From Octopus vulgaris (Eukaryota): DNA of 64,000 nt. Every line of letters starts with the position of its first letter. Position 1 is the stretch's first letter. The stretch spans positions 50,220,001 to 50,284,000 of the forward strand of contig OX597831.1 of assembly GCA_951406725.2 (NCBI GenBank), in the 5' to 3' direction. Made by a program: the position numbers and the translations under genes. Below the pieces are notes generated by a model, which saw only the letters and a list, made by a program, of their open reading frames with translations, was not told where the DNA came from and searched no databases. Below are positions 40,009 to 51,274 of the stretch, one piece after another.

Positions 40009-40483
40009 CAAAATATGCAACAAAGATATCTAAGGTAGTGTAGTACAATTTTTTCATGCTACTTCATTTTATTAAACACTGTAAGTATTACATCAGTTTT
40101 AAAATGTCGAGCAATCTTCAGGCACATACAGAATTTTTCAATTAAACTGACAATGCATATTTTTATACATTTGCCAAAATTCTCCGTCTGTAGATTTCTT
40201 CCACTAAATTATGGTGCCTTTTGACTTAAGTACCATATTCATCTGAATCTAAATTTTCCTGAACTTATATATATATATATAATGCCTCATAAAAATCTTC
40301 TCAGAAACCTGTTCCAATTGGTTTGAACCCGAGCAACATCCACATGTGCAATACCAACTTTTGCTAAGCACTAAAATTGTATTAATGCCTGGATAAAATA
40401 TTGAGAGAGGAAATGGGTTTATATATGTTTCCTCACTTTTGTCCTTTCAGTTATTGTTGTGTATATTCTTTACCATTACTTGC

Positions 40484-40559
<76 letters not shown>

Positions 40560-40612
40560 CATATACACACACATATATATACATACATACATATATATAT
40601 ATACATATATAC

Positions 40613-40662
<50 letters not shown>

Positions 40663-40728
40663 AATACGGTAAGATAACAATATTTATATATATATATATA
40701 TATATATATTGGTAATACGGTAAGATAA

Positions 40729-40782
<54 letters not shown>

Positions 40783-41256
40783 GCTCGCGCGCGCGAAGGC
40801 GTTTCTAAGAAAGAATGTTGTTACTTGAAGATTTGTGATATAAAAAGTTATAGAAAACACGGATAGCTTATTTCAAAGCAGAGAGAGAATTAATAATTTA
40901 CTAAGTTTTTATATTTCTGGTATATATATTATTCTCCATTTTCCATACGGAAATGAGTTGTAGAATTGTCGGAGATAACATATCACCTTGCGTTGTGTTT
41001 GACGGACTTATCTCCTATTGAAGCTTCCGTTAATGTCTGTTTCGTCTGTTTCTTGAGAGATCCAATATAATCCACTATGTGGTTTATAATTTAATCTAAA
41101 AAAGAAAACAACACAGACTTTTTTAACTAAATACTTTTCCGACAATCTATATCTCAAACTCAGCAATGACACAAACTGAAATGAAATGGGAGAATTTTAC
41201 TCATTACAGTGCTCCTACATAAATATGCATCTGATATATATATATAGATATAGATA

Positions 41257-41314
<58 letters not shown>

Positions 41315-41461
41315 GAAATAGAAAGATGAATAATCTGGTTGCAGATTAATCAAAGGTTTAACCGATACCTTGGTAGCAAAAATCACAGCAGAAGACAGCA
41401 CGGTTGGAGGTACAACCATATGGTGTTGCAACCATGCGTTGGTGCGGATAATTGAATTTTA

Positions 41462-41703
41462 ATATTATTAGTGAATTGAAGAAATGGAGTTGAACGAAGA
41501 TTGAACAGAAATCGTTTTATTGCATTCTGTTTTTGTTTTTTCCAACGGATTTCCTATTTCTTCCTGAAGAGAAAGACACAATATGGTCTCCTTATTCAAT
41601 CGGAATTTGGAAAATTGTGGCTTTCGAAACACGTGTAGAATGCAATAAAACGATTTCTGTTCAATCTTCGTTCAACTCCATTTCTTCAATTCACTAATAA
41701 TAT
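41462..41703. repeat. 67-bp perfect inverted repeat with 108-bp spacer (inverted pseudo-LTR)
   Basis: 41462-41528 is the exact reverse complement of 41637-41703. Confidence 0.9.
41561..41640 (+). ncRNA. Type-I hammerhead ribozyme, long stem II
   Basis: ttc CTGAAGA gaaag-a-cacaat...attgtg-g-ctttc GAAA cacgtg TA gaa; intact core, palindromic stem III. Confidence 0.8.
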
Positions 41704-42864
41704 ATATATATATATTCAGTAGAATTATGTACTTAAGTTGAACCACCAAGTCAGTCCGGTATTCTCCGAACAGCTCGAAGGTGAATAAACTCGAAATAAG
41801 CTACGTAATATTAAGTAGTACGAACATTTCGAGTGGCTCCATTTAATTGAACAATGCAATCATTACATCAAGTGAAGGCAACAGCTACGTTTTCGCTAAC
41901 CAAACAAACTAGTAAGAGCAGACGAAAGCTTCAACATGACGTCAACCACATCTATCATGACTGTTTCCTACCACTCCTCACACTCTTCAAACACCACCTC
42001 TATTGATACTTTTCATTCCAAATGTAATGGCTTTAGCTGAGAGCAGGTGATTCAGAAAGATGACTTCGTTCACCTAATTACTGCAGACAGTGAGAGTTTA
42101 CAAACACAACTTTTTCACGAGAATGTCTGAAACAATATTAGAGATATAGTTACAGGCTTGGCTATGTGGTTAAGATATTCCACATGTAAGTGCATTGAGC
42201 ACTCTTTATAGAAACCACCTAATAATTAATGAATTAAGCACAATAATGTCTATCAAACTGATTCTGCATAATCTTCCTTTTTGATGTTTATAGTTGATAC
42301 ATACATACCTTTTAGCTATTTTGGTTATATCATTTTAGAAATCTAAAATATTATTTTTGATACAATATAATAATATTGTTTATAAACTTTCCCCCATCGT
42401 GCCCCTAATAAATATTCCCTGTATTACCATCTTTCTTAGTGTCTTGCCCCTCAAACTTGTAATTAACATCATGATTTAAAGTCTAACCTTACCATAACTC
42501 TTTTTTATAGACAGTTGCTTCTATCAAGTTGACTCTTCCTAATATCTTATTTCACTTCTCTTTGGGGAACATGATAACATGTATGACCATATCTAACCAT
42601 GAGCTGTCAACTCACTCTTGTACTTTATTCAAAATAAACAGACTCCTAGTTTCAGATTTAAGAGATAATAAAATAGAAATGAATTACAACCTTACAACCT
42701 TAGGACCCCACTATCCTCCATGCGATTCTAAGAAATTATAGTCTATGCTTAGTTACTTTGGTACAAAATCGACAACATGAATTTCTTCCATCTTCCTACT
42801 CTGTTAAAATATTTAAGAAAAATTATATTAACATAAAATACTTGTTAAAAAAATTATGTTTTGA

Positions 42865-42948
42865 GAAGCTGAAGATAGCACTGCATTTAAATTGATGTAA
42901 TGATTGCATTGTTCAATTAAATGGAGCCGCTTGAAACGGTCGTACTGC
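42865..42948 (+). ncRNA. Type-I hammerhead, long stem II
   Basis: gaag CTGAAGA tagc...catttaaattga/tcaattaaatg...gctt GAAA cggtcg TA ctgc; weak stem I; decayed antisense copy at ~41815-41898. Confidence 0.6.
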
Positions 42949-42979
42949 ATTACTACTTGATACCCTGTTGCTTATATTG

Positions 42980-43018
<39 letters not shown>

Positions 43019-43273
43019 GTATGTATGTGTGTGTGTGTGTGTATAGGGTAAGGATTAATAAATTAATAATTAATAGCAGTATTTAGCATGCGTATTGAAA
43101 GTCAGAATACGTAAATATTTTTATAATATACTAGTGTATATATACGGCGAGGAGACCACCACGTGGATTCCTTACATGCTAGAAAGAACAGTCAAGACCA
43201 AAACCACGAAAGAGATATTATTACTTTGCATGTTACTCGTAGGACACTTGAATGAATAAAAATCTCAGTTAAT

Positions 43274-43350
43274 CCTATACCCATGAGTTTCACCATTAAT
43301 GATCAAATCAATCAAATGACTAATTAACCATCAGTGGCTCGTCAGTAAGG
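43274..43350 (-). ncRNA. Type-I hammerhead ribozyme (unit 1)
   Basis: cctta CTGACGA gcca...tggt GAAA ctcatggg TA tagg; intact core, long GU-rich stem II. Confidence 0.75.
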
Positions 43351-43783
43351 TCGCTGGAAAATGTATAATTACGAAACTACAATACGTACCGAAAACACAA
43401 AGTAAACACGTGCACCCAGTTCTATCTTTACACATCAAGAATTCCAATAGAATTCATCCAGTCAACGTGCAGAGTCAGAGTAGTACAGCAGTGAATAAAT
43501 TCACCGTATATTATCCAACCGAAGGACTTAAATATCTAACTATATAAATACCGGGTAAAATTTTAAAATTAATAATTAATACTAGTGGTTAACATACGTA
43601 ATAAAAGTCAAAAGATAAATATTTTTGTAACGTAATAGTGTATAATCGTTTATACACAGAGGCGAGAACACCATGTGGATTCCTTACATGCTAGAAAGGG
43701 TAGTCAAGACCTAAAGCACGAAAAAGATATTCTTACATTGCACGTTTCTTGTAGGACACTTGAATGAATAAAAATCTCAGTTA

Positions 43784-43863
43784 ACCTTATACGCATGATT
43801 TTCTCCATTAATGATCAAATCAATCAATTCATTATATAACCATCCGTGGCTTGTCAGTAAGGT
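43784..43863 (-). ncRNA. Type-I hammerhead (unit 2, G8->A)
   Basis: acctta CTGACAA gcca...tgga GAAA atcatgcg TA taaggt; perfect 6-bp stem I, mutated core. Confidence 0.6.
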
Positions 43864-44031
43864 CTCTGGAAAATGCATGATTATGAAACTATGTTACATA
43901 CTGAAAACACATATATATATGTATGTATATATACATATATATGCATATATATATACATACATATACACGTATATATAAACATACATACTCATATATGTGC
44001 ATACATGCATACATATATATATATACATACA

Positions 44032-44068
<37 letters not shown>

Positions 44069-44121
44069 ATACGCGCATATCCACGCATGCACACGTGCAT
44101 ACATACTTACACAGATATCTA

Positions 44122-44167
<46 letters not shown>

Positions 44168-44262
44168 TGAGAAGAAAACAGCAAACAGTGCAGTAGGTTA
44201 CTACCATTTTGGGGACACAAGGGAAGGGTGCTGATGTATGCACACAAACCAAATAATGCGGC

Positions 44263-44325
<63 letters not shown>

Positions 44326-44362
44326 ATAGTAGTAGCAGTAGTAGTAGTAGTAGTAGTAGCAG
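44263..44362. repeat. (TAG)n microsatellite
   Basis: Directly visible. Confidence 0.95.
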
Positions 44363-45417
44363 CCACTGTTCAAGAATTTGGACCTGGAGATCTCTATTTC
44401 CAACGACTTCGAGGGCCACCTCCCAGTGGTGTCGGGCGTCGACGAAGAGCCCTCGACTACAACAAAACGACCAAAGTTTCTTTTTCCAAGGTCTGGGGTC
44501 TCCCGCTCCTAAGCCCTAGACCATCACCTTATCACTCTTACCCGTCCTGTTGCTTAACAACAACAATAACAGCAGTAGTTTTACTGTGATTGGCAGCTTG
44601 ATGTTATTCCCTTATTCATGAAATGGGGTTATCCGAATTTCTTTGTAATTTCACATACAGATCTTTATAAGGATGTAAATTATAAGTAAGAAAATAATAT
44701 TTAAGGCAAAATATGCCTGTATTTGTTGTGTTTTTTATATTTCTATCATGTACGTCAGAAAATTTCATTAGATTTTGTAGTTTAGACAAATGAAAAAAAT
44801 TCAGTCAAAATGGCATTGTTTCATTAAAGGACACGAAGTAATTGTACCGTTTTGCTCTCAGAGAGACAGAAAGAGAGGCAGAATGTTGGGGTGATGTCGG
44901 TGAGAGGTGGGATGTGGTGTTTGGAGAGATTTAAAGTATAATGTAATAAAAATGAAACGAAATTCTATTTGTCTTTTTTTACTCCATTTATGTTTTTATT
45001 TTATTTTTAAATGAAACAAAACAAGTTTCGCTGAATCTTGTTTTTACTTAATTGAACTACTAAAAATAAATGCAATTTTACAGCAATTGTCCTTATGACG
45101 TAGATGGTGCAAAAATGAGTAGTCTGTGGATAAAAAAAAAAATTCTAAAATGATCAATTTTTTTTATAATGATTTGATTTTCTGTAAAAATTTAAAAAAA
45201 AACATGAACTTCTTCCCCGAAATAGATGAATGAATGAAATCCATTTTGTAAATATATAAACATAAGCACACGCACGTGCGCGCACAGACACGCAAACACA
45301 CACACTCATTCATTCACACGCACGTATGCACATGTATATATATACGTGTGAGTGAGTGTGTGTGCGCATGCATGTGCTTGTTTATAAATTCACAAAATGG
45401 ATTTGATTCATTCATCG

Positions 45418-45494
<77 letters not shown>

Positions 45495-45791
45495 CATATG
45501 TAGAAGCTTGAAAATAACGCACGAGTGGATATGCATAAGGGAAATAAGACGAGGTAAAATTTGCTAAAATAATTTATTTTATGAAAAACATTTTATACCA
45601 TTTTCCGTCTTTTCGAATTTTTCAAGTAAGAGTAAAACAGGAAAGGCAATGCTATCGAAGAAAAAAATTAAATGAAATGTTTTGCAAATATTTCCAGTCT
45701 TCAAATAGGCAGGACATTTTCCTTTCTTCTTTGTGAAGGCACGGTAGATAGTAGCAGATATGAAAAAATAGTGTTTATGGAAGGTGACGGA

Positions 45792-45801
45792 GAAGAAGTA
45801 G

Positions 45802-45867
<66 letters not shown>

Positions 45868-45908
45868 AAGAAGAAGAAGAAGAAGAAAAAGAAGAAGAAA
45901 AGAAGAAG
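45792..45908. repeat. (GAA)n-(GTA)n-(GAA)n microsatellite
   Basis: Directly visible. Confidence 0.95.
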
Positions 45909-47784
45909 GAGACGGGAGTGGTATGACACAGCAGCAGAGGCTGTTCGTGGAATCTTTAATGGTCAAGTGACATAAATGTGTCCTGTTGTGGTTGTAGCAG
46001 TAGCGGTAGGAACTGTTCTAAATAAATTCATGGTTAGCGATTGTTGTTAATATATCTATCGTTTTTAATATTTGTGTGGATATTATTCTAAGATTGTTGT
46101 AGTAGTGTTATCTATAGTGGGAGCACTAAACGGAGGTTTATATTTTGCGATAAAATATGGTTCTTGATTATAGGTTGCATTGTCCTTGGGTTTATACATG
46201 AGGAAAATTTCTACAGCTGAGTTGTTCATTAGTGGCGAATATGTCGATGTGTTGACTTAATGCTATTTTTCTGTATTCCCGTATTTTAATCTGAGGTCTA
46301 TGTACTGTCATCCTCTGGCGTAGACTGTTTTTAGTTTGTAAAATGTATTGCTCTCGACATCTTGAGCAAGTTAACGCAAATCATTGTGGTTTTCGTCACT
46401 GTTTACAATTATCTTAAAAAGAATTTTCAATGTATCATATGGATGTAATATTTGACGGTGAATCCAAATTTGTTATTCATTTATTCCAGAAAATTCTTGT
46501 TTAAGTGATAAAGGTGTTCAAATTTTGATAATTTTCAGAATTTTCCGCCAATCAGAAAACAACGCGTTTGCTGCCTCTATCATCGTCAGGGCGTGGGGAG
46601 CAAAACACTGCTAGAAATAACAGTCAAACCATTAAAATATACACGAATAAAGTTAACATTAAAACATTCGCGAGCAGATCAAATATTTAAAAGTTTTCAC
46701 ACATACGAACTTTCACATATTTCCCTTGTACATGCACACACGCACACACACACACACACACACAAACACACACATACTTACACAGAGTTGAAACGCTGTT
46801 TGACGTTTTCTTTTCAGCATTGAATGTTCACCATCCCACTTCCATTGCACACACACACACACACATACACACACACACAAACATTCACATACCTCCCTTT
46901 TACATATACACATATATACTCACACAGTGTTGAAATGTTCCCACTACCAGTTTGGCATATAAAAGGCCGCCAGAGAAGGGCCATCGTTTTTAAATAACAC
47001 GGTGGAATCTTTTTGCAAACAAGACTATTGTGCAGTTGAGAGGTATTTGGTCTTGAAATACATAAAATATAAGTCCTAACGTAGGATATCAACTTAATAA
47101 TGTAAACCCTCCTACAACTTAGTACGATATATTTATAAAAACATTTAAAGAAACATTTTGACGTGTTGTATTCATACAAAATGTCAGTGATTAAAGCTAA
47201 AGAATTAAGTCACATAATTTCTTAATCTCTTTCACTTTTCTATTTTCTATGTTATGCTATTGAATCTGTCTAGTTAAGTTTAAATTTTTTGCCGTTATTC
47301 TTTATGTAGTTGTAATCGATATATATATACACAGCAAAATGATGTTGGAGAGAGAACAGAAGCAAATAAGAAACAAAGAAAACAGTAAGGCGAATGTGTG
47401 TGGATTGGCAATGTATATATAAGACAGGTCAAATATTGGTCATATTATATCATAAAGACATCAAATTTAGAAATAGATTGCGAATACATAACAATAAGAA
47501 CAGCAACCATAGCAAGGGCACATAAATTTGGCAAAACAAATAAGAAGACCACAAAAAAACATGAAATAAATGTTGTCTACTTAATAATAACAAGAACAAT
47601 GGAAGCAGCTGAAACGACATTACCATCCTCAGCACAATTGTTTTCAGATATTAAGGATTAGCAGAATCATTGGAGTGTCTGGAAAATATCTTACTGTATA
47701 ATCTGACTCTTTACATATTGAGTTCAAAATCCGTTGAAGTCAAATTTGCCTATTGTTTCTCAATACCACAGATTTGCTTTTCAG

Positions 47785-48210
47785 TTGTTTGACCTTAACC
47801 AGTTGAGCATGTCCCTTAGTGGTTTACGATATGTGCATCTCTGATCACGAATAGAAGTAGTGGGGGAGCATCACAGCCATGTGTTGAGAGAGATTCTTTG
47901 GGGTTTAAATAATTCACCTCTGGAAACATGGGTGTTTCGTTCAACATCTTTATACAACTCTTATTCAGGGACACATTGAGCGGGATGGGCGACTCGACCA
48001 AAATAAAATTATAACTGCGCCCCACCTGCAAAGTCATGCGCTGTTGATCTTGATATGGGATCACCATGTTGCGCACATATGGTTGTGATGCATGTGCCTG
48101 GTGTACCCTTATCAGACGGGTTGTCATGATGGGCTTCGTATATTTTACTGGTCTTCGTAAATGTTACCCGTGTCACTTTGATGGCATGCACTGCTCTCAC
48201 TCACTCAAGG
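47785..48210 (+). mobile_element. Retroposon (SINE or LINE 3' UTR) with long (AAT)n tail
   Basis: Second copy at 14202-14580; followed by (TAA)n at 48211-48443. Confidence 0.75.
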
Positions 48211-48280
<70 letters not shown>

Positions 48281-48291
48281 GGATAATAAGG

Positions 48292-48331
<40 letters not shown>

Positions 48332-48360
48332 GGATAATAATAATAATAATAGTAATAATA

Positions 48361-48443
<83 letters not shown>

Positions 48444-48915
48444 CACCTTCATCGTAATCAGCATCAGGAACAACATAAAAGACAGGCAACTGCTAGTTTC
48501 AGAAATCAGAAAATGATATGTACAGTAATCTATAATAATATTGAAAGTAATGAGAACAATTTCAACACAAAACTGAAACTTCATGACATGCATGGGAAAG
48601 AGCAAAGGAGAGCATAAGTGATAAGTATTCTGAGCGTAGTGATTTAAAGAATAGATGTACGTTGGAAGTAACTCGTTGATAATTATGTATGCACTTATAC
48701 GTACGTGTCTATATACTTACTTGCAGAAGTACATATGTACACACACATACACAGATACACACACATATACACATACATGCATATTTATATATATGTATGT
48801 ATACATAATATATATACATATATATATATATACATATATATATATACATATACGTATATACGTATACACATGTTGATAGATAAAAATTCTATATTTAGAT
48901 ATACATACATATACC

Positions 48916-48948
<33 letters not shown>

Positions 48949-49032
48949 ATTCGAGACAAAACCACTATTTTAAAACCAAACAAGGAAAGACTTAATCAAT
49001 ACATAAAATTTTAATATAAATTAAATAAACCG

Positions 49033-49075
49033 CCACTACAAATGTTTCATGTCTGCTCCGACAATCTTCAGGTGG
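49033..49075 (-). ncRNA. Minimal type-I hammerhead ribozyme (mirror copy)
   Basis: Exact reverse complement of 49144-49186. Confidence 0.8.
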
Positions 49076-49143
49076 ATTTTCGATCTTCTAATCAGTATCA
49101 AATTTTGACTTCAAAATTTGATACTGATTAGAAGATCGAAAAT

Positions 49144-49186
49144 CCACCTGAAGATTGTCGGAGCAGACATGAAACATTTGTAGTGG
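49144..49186 (+). ncRNA. Minimal type-I hammerhead ribozyme
   Basis: ccac CTGAAGA t tgtc-ggagca-gaca t GAAA catttg TA gtgg; intact core, stems I and II 4 bp each. Confidence 0.8.
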
Positions 49187-49526
49187 CGGTTTATTTAATT
49201 TATATTAAAATTTTATGTATTGATTAAGTCTTTCCTTCTTTGGTTTTAAAATAGTGGTTTTGTCTCGAATTATATTATATAATATTTTACTATAAATTGG
49301 ATTTAACCCTAAATCTGATTTTTCCCTGTAATTTTGGATTCATTCCCTAATATTTATTATATATATATATATATATATATACATATATATATACATATAT
49401 ATATATATACATATATATATATGTACACATATATATATATACATATGTACATATATATACATATACACATATATATATATACATATGTACATATATATAC
49501 ATATATACATATATATGCATATATAC

Positions 49527-49559
<33 letters not shown>

Positions 49560-49568
49560 CATATATAC

Positions 49569-49608
<40 letters not shown>

Positions 49609-49609
<1 letters not shown>

Positions 49610-49922
49610 CTGGCACGTCAGATATATGTGTGTGCATGCGTGTGTGTGTGCGTGTGCGTGTGTGTATATATGTATTTATATATGTATATATATATGTGTG
49701 TATATATACTCGCACGTACGCACACGCACACACATACACACGCACGCACACACATATAGTTGATAAACATTCATGCATTCGTATATACATCTGAAAACGA
49801 ACAGCTACACTTTGAGAAATTCTGCAATTTCCATAAACAACTATTAAATGCAAATACACACCAATTTACACCCACTGTCATCGATGGACACTGTCCAAGA
49901 TTCTGCTTAATTCGAATATTGC
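49609..49922 (+). repeat. Local duplication, copy 1
   Basis: Near-identical to 50904-51274 (ACTGGCACGTCAG...GCTTAATTCGAA). Confidence 0.9.
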
Positions 49923-50303
49923 TGGCAGGTTTTCACTGTGAACTATTCACGTTTCTCAATCTACGTATCGTAATAGAAACAATGTTATAAAGAAAGGTAA
50001 AGTAGAATTTCAATAAGTGTTCTTAATAGTCAAACCTCTTTTTCAATGAACGCAATACTTTCAAAGGAATAGCAATTTTATTGACGGGATTGTGTGACGG
50101 GTATAATGTCGTGTATCAGGTTGAAATCAAATCTTACGGTAAATGTCAATTTCACCACTATGACATTAAGCATAAGACAAAGGAAGCTCTGAAACTGATG
50201 CATATAGTTCATTCAACTATTGTTTTGATATTAGCTTTCCAATCAAAACCACATGTCAGAACGTATCATACACATCGGCTCCTATAGCGAAACCGTCAAT
50301 TAA

Positions 50304-50357
<54 letters not shown>

Positions 50358-50432
50358 ATATAAAGATAGATAAATAGATATAGATATAGATACATACACA
50401 CATACATATATATAAATACATATATATACATG

Positions 50433-50540
<108 letters not shown>

Positions 50541-50551
50541 CATATATATAC

Positions 50552-50598
<47 letters not shown>

Positions 50599-50699
50599 GG
50601 GGTAAACACATAAATGTGAAACAAGGTGGAAAAAGAGTACTCAAATACCAGTGGTAGAGTAATATGCTTTATTTAAAGCAGCAGAAAATTCAACAAAAT

Positions 50700-50737
50700 C
50701 TGTTACTCTCAGTTTCTCGTTGCCGTTCATCAGACAG
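50700..50737 (-). ncRNA. Minimal type-I hammerhead ribozyme (mirror copy)
   Basis: ctgt CTGATGA acggcaacga GAAA ctgagag TA acag. Confidence 0.7.
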
Positions 50738-50795
50738 TTTTTGCTAGAATGGAACCGATATATCAATTGATATATCGGTTCCATTCTAGCAAAAA

Positions 50796-50833
50796 CTGTC
50801 TGATGAACGGCAACGAGAAACTCAGAGTAACAG
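50796..50833 (+). ncRNA. Minimal type-I hammerhead ribozyme
   Basis: ctgt CTGATGA a cg-gcaa-cg a GAAA ctcagag TA acag; canonical core, GNRA-capped short stem II, quasi-palindromic stem III. Confidence 0.8.
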
Positions 50834-50865
50834 ATTTTGTTGAATTTTCTGCTGCTTTAAATAAA

Positions 50866-50903
<38 letters not shown>

Positions 50904-50905
<2 letters not shown>

Positions 50906-50985
50906 TGGCACGTCAGATATATGTGTGTGCGTGCGTGTGTGTGTGTGTGCGTGTGCGTGTGTGTATATATGTATTTGTATATATA

Positions 50986-51043
<58 letters not shown>

Positions 51044-51274
51044 TATACTCGCACGTACGCACACGCACATACACATACACACGCACACACACACACATAT
51101 AGCTGACGTGCCAATAAACATTCATGCATTCGTATATACATCTGAAAACGAACAGCTACACTTTGAGAAATTCTGCAATTTCCATAAACAACTATTAAAT
51201 GCAAATACACACTAATTTACACCCACTGTCATCGATGGGCACTGTCCAAGATTCTGCTTAATTCGAAATATTGC
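50904..51274 (+). repeat. Local duplication, copy 2
   Basis: Near-identical to 49609-49922; includes inverted repeat TGGCACGTCAG / CTGACGTGCCA (50906-51113). Confidence 0.9.

Larger units (their letters stand above)
43050..43910 (-). repeat. Diverged tandem repeat, 512-nt period, one hammerhead per unit
   Basis: GTGGATTCCTTACATGCTAGAAAG and GTAGGACACTTGAATGAATAAAAATCTCAG each occur twice; flanked by microsatellites; no ORF. Confidence 0.85.
48938..49281. repeat. Near-perfect palindrome (~171-bp arms, 2-nt loop) of a PLE pseudo-LTR
   Basis: Centre TTTTGA-CT-TCAAAA at 49109/49110; one mismatch seen; right arm continues to ~49360; family shared with 54350-54600. Confidence 0.95.
50667..50866. 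repeat. Loop-less palindrome (100-bp arms) of a PLE pseudo-LTR
   Basis: Centre GATATATCAA|TTGATATATC at 50766/50767; one mismatch; left arm extends to 50598. Confidence 0.95.
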
